Origin: a candidate division WOR-3 bacterium
Lineage (GTDB): Bacteria > Hydrothermota > UBA3072
Assembly (NCBI GenBank): GCA_039804165.1
Contig: JBDRZZ010000010.1
Span: 1,223 to 65,222 of the forward strand
Reading direction: 5' to 3'
DNA: 64,000 nucleotides
Below, one piece after another: positions 8,935 to 17,706 of this stretch (within the stretch, counting starts at the first letter, position 1; each line of letters begins with the position of its first letter). A program made the position numbers and the translations under genes. The notes under the pieces were generated by a model. It did not search any database. It worked only from the letters and a program-made list of their open reading frames with translations, and was not told where the DNA came from.

Positions 8935-10715
8935 TTTCTTAAAACAATTCCTATTTTAAAGCTCCTACCCGGCATTTCGTAGATCCCTGATCTAGCAGGT
9001 ATTTCTACATATCGGAGATAGTCTCTATTAAAGATATTATCAATTCCAAGAGATAGATAAAGATAAGGCTTGGGTTTAATATTCAGGTGAAAATCAAAAA
9101 CAGAATAAGAAGGAAGCTTCTCTTTATGATCATCTTGTGCATAATAATCCGTTATATACCTTCCGCTTAAACGCGCTTCCAAGAAGTTTTTTTCAAAAGT
9201 AAGATTACCACTCCATTTTTGTCCTGGAATACCTTGGGTTTTATTACCTCTATCTATATAAGAATAGAAAAGTTCAAGATATAACCAGTTCATTGGATAA
9301 AATCCTAAAGAAGTTTCCATTCCTTTCTCTCTAAGAGAGTCTATATTTTCAAATTTCTTACTTATGGAAGAGAACCTAATAAAATTATCTGTCTCTAAAT
9401 AATAAAGAGAAAAATCAAAATCTATAATCTTTGATATTTTTTGCCTTAACCCAACTTCCCAACTCCATAGTTCTTCAGGTTTTAAGAAAGGATTTGAAGA
9501 TGGATATAAATAAAGATCATTAAAAGCTGGAAGTCTAAAACCTTTCCCTAATCTTGTTCTTATTCTCATTTCTTTAATTTTCAAAACGAACCCACCGTCA
9601 TAGGAAAAGATACCTCTTGATTGTTCAGAATAAGTATATCTAAGACCCCCTGAAATGTTAAAAAAAGAAGTTTTTTGTTGAGTATGAAAGAAGCACTCGT
9701 AAACATTTCTAACCCACTCATTATGAGCTACCCAAAATCCATCCTGTCTATAAAATTCAATTCCACCCTGGGTCCTATTTCCTTCTATTAATGGAAATAA
9801 AAACGAAGAAGAAATTCCATCTGTTTTATCCTCTGAATTCCAACCATCTGAAAATTTATGAAACCCAAAAGTCCTGTAAAGTTTTGTCTCACTTTCTATC
9901 ATTTCATTAATCTTGCCAGAAATAGAAAAATCAAAAGAACCTCTTCTATACCATTGATAATCTTTAGAACTCACCGTATCACCAAAAGCTGGTGGGTTTT
10001 CTTGGTAAGTGTCTACATATCTAAGATAGGTATCTATTTTCCAATCTTTATTAAAATCATAAATTAAATCACCTTCATAACTATCAGTCCGAGAAGCAGA
10101 ATTTGGTAGGTGCCCATCCGAAGAATTCTTTTGAGCTCCTCCCAGGAAACTTAATTTACCAAAAGATTCTCTAAAAGAAGTCGTTAAATTTCGCGTATTA
10201 AAACTTCCATAATCAACTTCAAACTCTACCTTATTTTCCTCCTCCGCAGAATTTGTCAAAATGTTTACAACCCCTCCCATAGCTCCAGAACCATAAAGAG
10301 AAGAAAGAGGACCCTTAAAAACCTCTATTTTTTTAACATTATGGAGAGGAAAAGTATGAGTGACAGCACAGCTAAATATAGACATTTTCTCTGGTCTTCC
10401 ATTAATAAAAAAACCGAGCCTCCTTCCGTTATTCCCAATCCCTCTAATCACAACATCAGCTCTTCCAAAATTTCCAGTTTTCATAACTTCTACGCCCGTA
10501 ACCCCAATAAGTAAATCCGGGGAAACATAAGAATTGGCAAATTTTATATCTCCTTCCCCAATAACTGAAATAGAAGCAGAAATATCGGATATATCTTCAT
10601 TATATCTTGTTGCAGTAACCACAATACCTTCGGAAATATATCTTTTCATTCCTATAGTATCAGAAACCACACCAAGAGAATCTATAACAGAAATAACAAA
10701 AAATAAAAATTCCAT
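8931..10715 (-). CDS. TonB-dependent outer-membrane receptor (likely metal uptake, co-operonic with znuACB)
   Basis: Plug domain ATRYNEDISDI...; barrel-rich C-terminus; translationally coupled to the ZnuA-like gene. Confidence 0.75.
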   Translation of the reverse strand: MEFLFFVISVIDSLGVVSDTIGMKRYISEGIVVTATRYNEDISDISASISVIGEGDIKFANSYVSPDLLIGVTGVEVMKTGNFGRADVVIRGIGNNGRRLGFFINGRPEKMSIFSCAVTHTFPLHNVKKIEVFKGPLSSLYGSGAMGGVVNILTNSAEEENKVEFEVDYGSFNTRNLTTSFRESFGKLSFLGGAQKNSSDGHLPNSASRTDSYEGDLIYDFNKDWKIDTYLRYVDTYQENPPAFGDTVSSKDYQWYRRGSFDFSISGKINEMIESETKLYRTFGFHKFSDGWNSEDKTDGISSSFLFPLIEGNRTQGGIEFYRQDGFWVAHNEWVRNVYECFFHTQQKTSFFNISGGLRYTYSEQSRGIFSYDGGFVLKIKEMRIRTRLGKGFRLPAFNDLYLYPSSNPFLKPEELWSWEVGLRQKISKIIDFDFSLYYLETDNFIRFSSISKKFENIDSLREKGMETSLGFYPMNWLYLELFYSYIDRGNKTQGIPGQKWSGNLTFEKNFLEARLSGRYITDYYAQDDHKEKLPSYSVFDFHLNIKPKPYLYLSLGIDNIFNRDYLRYVEIPARSGIYEMPGRSFKIGIVLRK

Positions 10716-10948
10716 AAAACCTCCTTTAGTGTTACTTTTTTGATAAAAATAACACCATTTTTATTTTTGTCAAGAGGATTTTTGTATATTTTATTCTAAA
10801 CCTAAAGTCAAAAATCAATTATTCAAAATAACCACCATAAAAGCCCATCAAGGTTCTATTGAAATCCAAAGATTCAAAGCCAGTTCCTTTAAATGAGAAT
10901 ATACGCTATTGCAATTTTTTTGTTTTTTATTAAAATTTATTTATAAGG

Positions 10949-13204
10949 ATGAGAAAAAAAATAAAAAATGAGGAAAAAGAATTTCATCTGATTTTTGAAT
11001 GTTCCCCCTACCCTATTTTTTTGCTCAATAAAGAAGGATTTATTGAAGATTTAAATAAAGCGGGGGCTAAGTTATTAGGTTATAGAAAGAATAAAGTAAA
11101 AGGTAAACCTTTCACCAGCTTCTTAACAAAAGATCTTAGGGGTTCAGTTAGTGAAAAAATTTCTATTCTCTCAGAAAAAGGAACCACTTCTGAAGAGTTA
11201 ACATTAATATTTAATAATAAAGTAAAATTTAATTATCCGGTCGTTTTATTTAAGAATAAAGAAATCTTTCCAGATAAAATTATTATATTTGGTAACAATA
11301 ATCTACAGAAACCAATAGAAGATATAAAAACAGCAGTGTTTAAGAGTAATTTACTAACTTATCTTCTTGATCACATTCCAGATCACATTTACTTTAAGGA
11401 CAGAGAAAGCCGTTTTGTCTTAGCAAGTAAATCGGTTGCAGAACAATTTGGGCTCAAAAGAATAGAAGATTTAATAGGCAAAACAGATTTTGATTATTTC
11501 ACTAAAGAGCACGCAGAAGCAGCCTTTCAGGATGAACAAGAAATAATGAAAACAGGTAAACCAATAACGAATAAAATCGAAAAAGAGACCCATCCTGATG
11601 GAAGAATAACCTGGGTCTCTACTACAAAAATCCCAAGATATGATGAAAATGGAAATATCATTGGCATCTTAGGTATTTCAAGAGACATAACTGAAAAGAA
11701 AATTCTTGAAGAAAAATTAAAAGAAAGGCTTGAAGAATTAGGGGAAGAAGTCGTTTTTAAGAGCCGCCTACTTACCTCTTTATTAGATAACATACCAGAT
11801 AGAATTTACTTCAAAGATGAAAAGAGTCGATTCATTGCTGTAAGTAATTCTCTTGTTAAATGGCTAAAAGCTCGAAGTGCAGAGGAAATGATAGGCAAGA
11901 CAGATTTTGATTATTTTACTGAAGAGCATGCAGAAGCAGCCTTTCAGGATGAACAAGAAATAATGAAAACAGGTAAACCAATTGAAGGAAAAATCGAAAA
12001 AGAGACCCATCCTGATGGAAGAATAACCTGGGTCTCTACTACAAAAATCCCAAGATATGATGAAAATGGAAATGTAATCGGAACTCTTGGGATATCAAGA
12101 GATATAACGGATAAACTCTTAGCGGAAAGAAAACTTGAAGAAACTGTAAATAAATTACAGACAATTGTTAACGCTGTTAATCAAGGTCTTGCAATAGTCA
12201 GTGAAAATTATGTAATTCTTGAAACTAACAACTTCCTTTGCGAATTATTTGGCTTAAATAGGGAAGAAATCATTAATAAGAAATGTTTTGAGGTATTTCC
12301 TCCGTGGAAAGAATCTTGCAAAGAATGTCCTCTTGAAAAATTATTTAAGAAAGGACAGCGATCCCCCACTGTGGAAAAAACGAAAGTTCTTAAGAATGGA
12401 ACAATAAGATACTTCAGTATTCAAGCCTATCCAATTCCAAATTACGACAATGAAAATAAAGAACTCAAAGGTGTAATTTCTATAATGGATATTACAGATA
12501 GAAAGAATATGGAAGAAAAAAGGATCCAAAATTATAAAAGGAAAATGAAAAGTCTTTCTCATAAATTAACCCTAGCTGAGGAACACGAAAGAAAAAGAAT
12601 TGCAACTGAACTTCACGCTGAGATTGGACAAGTTTTAGCCTTTTTAAAATTCAAAATAGGAGAATTAAAAGAAAAGAAATCTATAATGAATTCAAACATT
12701 AAAGATTCTTTAGAAGAAATTTATAATCTTGTTCAAAATGCAATTATTGCTACTCGTTCTTTAATGAGTCAAATTAGTCCCACAATACTTTATGAGCTTG
12801 GCTTCGTTCCTGCAGTTGATTGGCTTGCAGAAAAAATTTTAAAGGAAAATAAAATCGAATATGAGTTTAATGATGATGGAAAAGAAAAACCTTTATCTGA
12901 TGACTTAAGGATTTTACTATTCCAAGCTGTGCGAGAACTCTTAGTAAATGTAAAAAAACACGCAAAGGCAAAGAAAGTTTGGATCTCTATAAAGAGAATC
13001 GACGAGGAAATTGCAATAGAGGTAAAAGATAATGGTGTGGGCTTTGATATATCTCAATTAGATTCTTACTACGAAAAAGATGTAGGCTTTGGTCTATTAA
13101 ACATTAGGAGCCGCATTGAGGTTGTTGGAGGCTCCTTTGAAATAGAATCACATAAAAATAAGGGAACAAAAATAACATTAAAAGCGCCTCTTAGTTTAAA
13201 ATAA
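10949..13204 (+). CDS. Cytoplasmic multi-PAS sensor histidine kinase, HisKA_3 (NarX/DegS-type) + HATPase_c
   Basis: Tandem PAS modules; H-box EEHERKRIATELHAEIGQ; VKDNGVGFD / GFGLLNIRSRIE ATPase motifs; no transmembrane segment; Cys-rich PAS (C-x11-C-x2-C). Confidence 0.85.
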   Translation: MRKKIKNEEKEFHLIFECSPYPIFLLNKEGFIEDLNKAGAKLLGYRKNKVKGKPFTSFLTKDLRGSVSEKISILSEKGTTSEELTLIFNNKVKFNYPVVLFKNKEIFPDKIIIFGNNNLQKPIEDIKTAVFKSNLLTYLLDHIPDHIYFKDRESRFVLASKSVAEQFGLKRIEDLIGKTDFDYFTKEHAEAAFQDEQEIMKTGKPITNKIEKETHPDGRITWVSTTKIPRYDENGNIIGILGISRDITEKKILEEKLKERLEELGEEVVFKSRLLTSLLDNIPDRIYFKDEKSRFIAVSNSLVKWLKARSAEEMIGKTDFDYFTEEHAEAAFQDEQEIMKTGKPIEGKIEKETHPDGRITWVSTTKIPRYDENGNVIGTLGISRDITDKLLAERKLEETVNKLQTIVNAVNQGLAIVSENYVILETNNFLCELFGLNREEIINKKCFEVFPPWKESCKECPLEKLFKKGQRSPTVEKTKVLKNGTIRYFSIQAYPIPNYDNENKELKGVISIMDITDRKNMEEKRIQNYKRKMKSLSHKLTLAEEHERKRIATELHAEIGQVLAFLKFKIGELKEKKSIMNSNIKDSLEEIYNLVQNAIIATRSLMSQISPTILYELGFVPAVDWLAEKILKENKIEYEFNDDGKEKPLSDDLRILLFQAVRELLVNVKKHAKAKKVWISIKRIDEEIAIEVKDNGVGFDISQLDSYYEKDVGFGLLNIRSRIEVVGGSFEIESHKNKGTKITLKAPLSLK
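11341..12117 (+). repeat. Intragenic tandem duplication (417-nt period) of a PAS-domain-encoding segment with two blocks of near-100% nucleotide identity
   Basis: 11513-11660 vs 11930-12077 nearly identical (e.g. gcagaagcagcctttcaggatgaacaagaaataatgaaaacaggtaaacca; aaaatcgaaaaagagacccatcctgatggaagaataacctgggtctctactacaaaaatcccaagatatgatgaaaatggaaat), flanks diverged. Confidence 0.85.
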
Positions 13205-13216
13205 AAGGAGTTAAGA

Positions 13217-13864
13217 ATGAGCATAAAAATAATGATAGTAGATGAACATAAAATCTTAAGAGAAGGTTTAGCAACATTAATCTCAAGACAACCAAATATG
13301 GAAATAGTAGGAGAAGCAACAAATGGGCGAGAAGCCATAGAATTAGTAGATAAAGTTTCTCCTGATCTCATATTGATGGATGTAGCTATGCCAAGCTTAA
13401 ATGGGATTGAAGCAACCCGGAAAATTAAATCAAAGCATCCAAATATTGAAATAATAGGACTCTCCTTACATTCTGATAGAAGATATGTATTGGGTATGAT
13501 AGAAGCCGGAGCTTCAGGATATCTTCTCAAAGAATGCGCTTTTGAAGAACTAGTTCGCGCAATAAATACAGTTATGTCAAAGAAGAAATATTTAAGCCCA
13601 GAAATTTCAGATATCTTAATTGATGAATATGCAAAAAAAACAGCAAAAGAAAAGCCCATTGTTTATTCAAAATTAACGCCCAGAGAAAGAGAAATTCTAC
13701 AATTAATTGCTGAAGGTTACAACACAAAGGAAATTGCAAGTCAACTATTTCTTTCCATAAAGACTGTAGAAACACATAGAAGACATATAAAAAAGAAATT
13801 AAAAGTTGAAAGTGTGGCTGATCTAACAAAAATTGCAATAAAAGAAGGACTCACTACTTTATAA
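13217..13864 (+). CDS. NarL/FixJ-family response regulator (REC + LuxR-type HTH), cognate to the upstream kinase
   Basis: Receiver LILMDVAMP; HTH LTPREREILQLIAEGYNTKEIASQLFLSIKTVETHR. Confidence 0.9.
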   Translation: MSIKIMIVDEHKILREGLATLISRQPNMEIVGEATNGREAIELVDKVSPDLILMDVAMPSLNGIEATRKIKSKHPNIEIIGLSLHSDRRYVLGMIEAGASGYLLKECAFEELVRAINTVMSKKKYLSPEISDILIDEYAKKTAKEKPIVYSKLTPREREILQLIAEGYNTKEIASQLFLSIKTVETHRRHIKKKLKVESVADLTKIAIKEGLTTL

Positions 13865-13902
13865 TTTCTAATTCTTATAAAATCCTAAATTTTTTATATA
13901 AA

Positions 13903-13975
13903 TGCGTCAGGGAGGCTTCGAACCCCCGACCCGCGGATTAAGAGTCCGCTGCTCTACCAACTGAGCTACTGACGC
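13903..13975 (-). tRNA. tRNA-Lys (anticodon CTT), no encoded CCA
   Basis: Cloverleaf: acceptor gcgtcag/ctgacgc, anticodon loop ctCTTaa, T-loop ttcgaag. Confidence 0.85.
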
Positions 13976-13981
13976 TTTATT

Positions 13982-14059
13982 TGGGGTGAGTGAGGGGACT
14001 TGAACCCCCAACCACTGGAGCCACAGTCCAGTGCTCTAACCAGTTGAGCTACACTCACC
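13982..14059 (-). tRNA. tRNA-His (anticodon GTG) with encoded G-1 and encoded 3' CCA
   Basis: Acceptor gtgagtg/cactcac with extra 5' G pairing C73; loop ctGTGgc; 3' ...c-cca. Confidence 0.85.
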
Positions 14060-14068
14060 ATATTTTTA

Positions 14069-14142
14069 TACGCCTGGAGGGACTCGAACCCCCAACCGTC
14101 GGATTAGAAATCCGATGCTCTATCCTGTTGAGCTACAGGCGT
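14069..14142 (-). tRNA. tRNA-Arg (anticodon TCT), no encoded CCA
   Basis: Acceptor acgcctg/caggcgt, anticodon loop ttTCTaa, T-loop ttcgagt. Confidence 0.8.
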
Positions 14143-14155
14143 ATTTCTCAATTTT

Positions 14156-14231
14156 TCGGGGTGAGTGGATTTGAACCACCGACCCCCTGCTCCCAAAGCA
14201 GGTGCGCTAAACCAGACTGCGCTACACCCCG
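14156..14231 (-). tRNA. tRNA-Pro (anticodon TGG), no encoded CCA
   Basis: Acceptor cggggtg/cactcaccccg, anticodon stem cctgc/gcagg with loop ttTGGga, T-loop ttcaaat. Confidence 0.8.
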
Positions 14232-14234
14232 CTT

Positions 14235-14834
14235 TCATTTACAAAATTCTTCTATCTTTTCTCTATTAGTATAAATATAATTAATCAATTTTTCAAGTGC
14301 TATCCTTCTATGACTTATTTTGTTCTTCTCCTCCTCATTCATCTCACCAAAAGTCTTGGTATATCCAAGAGGCATAAAAACCGAATCATATCCAAAGCCC
14401 TTCTCTCCAATCTCCTTTTCCGTAATCCTTCCTTTTACCTCTCCCTCAAAAAATTCAATCCATTTCTCTGTTATTACAAAAGCAATTACAGTTTTAAAAT
14501 AAGCTTCCCTGTTATTTTTTCCTTTTAATTCAGAAAGTAACCTCTTTCTATTACTCGCATCTCCACTTCCTCCATATCTTGCAGCATAAACTCCGGGAGC
14601 CCCTCCCAAAGCTTTCACAAAAAGTCCTGTATCCTCTCCGATTGTACAAATTTTTGTTTTTTGGAAGTATGTAAGCGCCTTCTTTAGGCTATTATCCTGT
14701 AATGTCAATCCGTCTTCCAATATATTAAGTTTTAGACCAATGTCAAGAGGCGTTAATATTTCTACTAAACCCTTAGTAATTTCCTTTATTTCCCGAATTT
14801 TACCTTCATTTTCTGTAGCAACCAGTAGCCTCAT
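14235..14834 (-). CDS. rdgB: Non-canonical purine NTP pyrophosphatase (RdgB/Ham1/ITPase)
   Basis: MRLLVATENEGKIREI..., Ham1-family length and motifs (FGYDSVF). Confidence 0.8.
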   Translation of the reverse strand: MRLLVATENEGKIREIKEITKGLVEILTPLDIGLKLNILEDGLTLQDNSLKKALTYFQKTKICTIGEDTGLFVKALGGAPGVYAARYGGSGDASNRKRLLSELKGKNNREAYFKTVIAFVITEKWIEFFEGEVKGRITEKEIGEKGFGYDSVFMPLGYTKTFGEMNEEEKNKISHRRIALEKLINYIYTNREKIEEFCK

Positions 14835-15313
14835 TCAACATTTATCTCAGACTCAACCACCCAAGCCCTTTCATAAGAGCCTTTTACGTATTGATTCATA
14901 TACTGAGTAGCTTCATATTTATCAAGAAAATCTCCAACTCTTACTTTGTAAAAAGGTGGTATATATTGAACATACACTTTCTTCCCTAACTGTGCCCTTG
15001 CTCTTGCCGCTAAAATATTTGCTTCCCCTTCATCCCTAAAAGCTCCAATTTGGATTCTATAACCTTGTCTTTTTATAGGAGTAACTGAAGGTGCTTCTTT
15101 TTCTTTAGGAGTGGGTGAAGTAACTCCTGAGAAAGGAGTTTCAACCTGTGGAGCAGAAGGTGTAACTTCTTCAAAAACAATAGAAGATGTATCCTCTAAA
15201 GAAGGAACTTCCTCAAATATCACTTCAGTTGGAGTTTCCTCTTTCACTGTTTGCTCTTTTACGCAAGCTCCTAAAAGAAGAAAGATGCTAAAGGCTACAT
15301 ATAAATATTTCAT
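14831..15313 (-). CDS. SPOR-domain (peptidoglycan-binding) lipoprotein
   Basis: Lipobox LLLGAC; C-terminal YRIQIGAFRDEGEANILAARA...YKVRVGDF SPOR-like fold signature. Confidence 0.6.
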   Translation of the reverse strand: MKYLYVAFSIFLLLGACVKEQTVKEETPTEVIFEEVPSLEDTSSIVFEEVTPSAPQVETPFSGVTSPTPKEKEAPSVTPIKRQGYRIQIGAFRDEGEANILAARARAQLGKKVYVQYIPPFYKVRVGDFLDKYEATQYMNQYVKGSYERAWVVESEINVE

Positions 15314-15328
15314 AATATTACCTCCTTT

Positions 15329-16357
15329 TTATTTATAATTTTTTGGAAGCTCTTCCACAATCTCTTTCAATTCCTGGGCTTCCCCTTTTGGTATAATTAA
15401 TGTGGCATCTTTTGTGCGAACAACAATCATTCTTGAAAGGTTCTTTGCCACAATTATTCCATCTTCTGAATAAAATATATTATCATTACAGTTTATCGCA
15501 ATAACCTCCCCTTTTTTAATATTCCCATTCTCATCTGGAATTTGAGTTCTCTCAAGAGAAGCCCAACTTCCAACATCATCCCAACCAAAATGAGACTCCA
15601 CCACCACTACTTTCTTACTTCTCTCAAGAACACCATAATCTATAGAAATTGGAACCCCCTTTTCATAAAGAATCTTTATATTTCTTTGAGTAGGATTTTT
15701 CTCAATTTCTTCTATATACTTAGAAATCTCTGGACGGTGCTCCTTTATTTCCTCAAGAATTGTCTTAGCTTGCCACAAAAAAATCCCACTATTCCAAAGA
15801 AATTTCTTACTTTTTACATAATCATTTGCCGTTTTTATCTTTGGCTTCTCTGTAAACCTTTCCGCTCTCATTACAGAACTCTCTAACTTTTGTCCTTTTT
15901 CTATATACCCATAACCTGTCTCCACCCTAGTAGGGACAATCCCATAAGTCACAAGGTAACCTAAATCAGCCCATTTTATTCCTTTTTTAATCGTATCTAT
16001 GAACTTTTCGGAATCTGGAATCCAATGATCAGAGGGTAAAACGAGCATCAAGGCTCCTTTGTCTTCCTTTAGAAGTTTGGCTGCAGAATAAGCAATTGCG
16101 TAAAGAGTATTCATCCCTTTAGGTTCAACAAAAATGCTTTCCTTTTCAAAACCACATTCCATAATTTGCTTTTTTAGCTCTGGAGTTGTAATAACTTTGA
16201 TCCTTTCTGGGGGGGTAAGAGATTTTACTCTTTCTTTTGTATGGACTATAAGAGGCCTATCTCCAACGATAGAAAGAAATTGCTTTGGTTTTTTTTCTGT
16301 TGAAACAGGCCAAAATCTTGTTCCTCTACCTCCGGCCATTATCACAGTATAAATCAT
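15329..16357 (-). CDS. Mannose-1-phosphate guanylyltransferase / nucleotidyl transferase
   Basis: N-terminal MAGGRGTRFWP...KPKQFL sugar-nucleotidyltransferase signature. Confidence 0.8.
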   Translation of the reverse strand: MIYTVIMAGGRGTRFWPVSTEKKPKQFLSIVGDRPLIVHTKERVKSLTPPERIKVITTPELKKQIMECGFEKESIFVEPKGMNTLYAIAYSAAKLLKEDKGALMLVLPSDHWIPDSEKFIDTIKKGIKWADLGYLVTYGIVPTRVETGYGYIEKGQKLESSVMRAERFTEKPKIKTANDYVKSKKFLWNSGIFLWQAKTILEEIKEHRPEISKYIEEIEKNPTQRNIKILYEKGVPISIDYGVLERSKKVVVVESHFGWDDVGSWASLERTQIPDENGNIKKGEVIAINCNDNIFYSEDGIIVAKNLSRMIVVRTKDATLIIPKGEAQELKEIVEELPKNYK

Positions 16358-17040
16358 TTCGTTTCCTCTAAACTCATACTTTCTAATTCAAATCTAATTC
16401 TTCCAAATTTAAGTTTACTCTCTATCTTAACAGGAATGTGTTCAGGATCTACAGTAACCCAGATTTTTATTGGTTCCTCTGAACCGAAGATTTTATCTTC
16501 CTTCACCTGTGGTGTTAGCAAGAGAGTTCTAAATTTACCCATTGGAACTACTGTCCATTGCAATTCTGAAACAGGAACAATCATCTCCTCATTTTTTCCA
16601 GATGAATGAAAAGGAACTTTTAAAGTATCTCCTGGGGAAAAAGTTAAGGTTCGGATCCAATAAAGAGCTGCGAAAATATCTTTTGCTCCCGGAATCTTTT
16701 CGAATCTTCTTCCATCAGTGTAAAAAACCGAATCTTCTCTAAATCTCAAGGTAAGATTATTTTTATATTTTCCTTCAGAAATATTTTTTGTATAAGAAAT
16801 CGTTGAAAAAGTAGATGTATCTACAACTGACTTATAATAATCGTCTATTCGATAAATTATAGAAAAGGCAGGATCAGTTCTCTGAACGCTTTCAATCACA
16901 TAAGAAGGAGTCCCTTCAAACTCCTCCTCTTTTATTTCCATAAAAGAATATCCAGCTCTAATAGGTCCAAAATAAGCTCCGTAATTTAGCCTTTCTCCAA
17001 TAGAATAAGTTAAATAAATGGAAAAGAAATAAATAATCAT
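16354..17040 (-). CDS. Secreted hypothetical protein (DUF3108-like guess; start adjusted to MIIYFF...)
   Basis: Hydrophobic N-terminus, no recognisable catalytic motifs; tool ORF start overlaps the upstream gene. Confidence 0.4.
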   Translation of the reverse strand: MIIYFFSIYLTYSIGERLNYGAYFGPIRAGYSFMEIKEEEFEGTPSYVIESVQRTDPAFSIIYRIDDYYKSVVDTSTFSTISYTKNISEGKYKNNLTLRFREDSVFYTDGRRFEKIPGAKDIFAALYWIRTLTFSPGDTLKVPFHSSGKNEEMIVPVSELQWTVVPMGKFRTLLLTPQVKEDKIFGSEEPIKIWVTVDPEHIPVKIESKLKFGRIRFELESMSLEETK

Positions 17041-17042
17041 TT

Positions 17043-17705
17043 TTAAACTTCTTCCTCTAAAGGTCGATAACCCAAACGATAAAAAGGATTCACAACACTG
17101 GAACAAACATTTCTTATATGGGAAGATACTCTCTTAAGATGTCTAACTAAAAGTGCATATATTATCCCTTCTTTTGCAGTTAAAGAAGAATCTTCTATCA
17201 ACTCTTCCAAAAGAACCTGACACCCTTTTACAACTTCAGAAAGTTCCTCTGTTATTTTTCTCCCTTTAATTTCATCCTGCTCTTTATAAACTTTCATTGT
17301 TTCTTTAAAGTAAAGTTGAACCTTCTTCTCTAATTCTTTTATTCTATCTATGTATTTACCTTTTAAAGGTTCTGGATACATATGAGAAACTTCAACAAAA
17401 TTCTTTGAATAATCTCCAATTCTCTCTATGTCAATCACTATAGTTACAAGAATTAAAGAAGGAGTAATGTCCTGGCTCGGGTTAATCGAAAGATGTTCAA
17501 GAATCTTTTTCCTAACATTTATTTCAAGCTCATTCAGTTTTTTATCAACTTCATATATATCCTTTTTCTCTTTCCCCTTCTCAATCACCATTCTCATTGA
17601 ATAGTGAAACATATTATAAGCAATCTCCATCATCTCCTCTACCATTTCCTCGGCTTCTTCTATTAAACCTTTTCCCTTAAAGAATCTACTAATCCAATTT
17701 AACAT
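17043..17705 (-). CDS. PhoU-domain protein (phosphate transport regulator-like)
   Basis: Two PhoU-like helical repeats, DIERIGD motif; adjacent to Na/Pi cotransporter as in split YjbB-type systems. Confidence 0.6.
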   Translation of the reverse strand: MLNWISRFFKGKGLIEEAEEMVEEMMEIAYNMFHYSMRMVIEKGKEKKDIYEVDKKLNELEINVRKKILEHLSINPSQDITPSLILVTIVIDIERIGDYSKNFVEVSHMYPEPLKGKYIDRIKELEKKVQLYFKETMKVYKEQDEIKGRKITEELSEVVKGCQVLLEELIEDSSLTAKEGIIYALLVRHLKRVSSHIRNVCSSVVNPFYRLGYRPLEEEV

Positions 17706-17706
17706 C

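Noticed and set aside
13990-14274. 94-aa + strand ORF in the ORF track
   Set aside because: Lies entirely over the four minus-strand tRNA genes. The repeated GLEPPT / GFEPPT peptides are just translated T-arms (GGTTCGAACCC). Not a gene.
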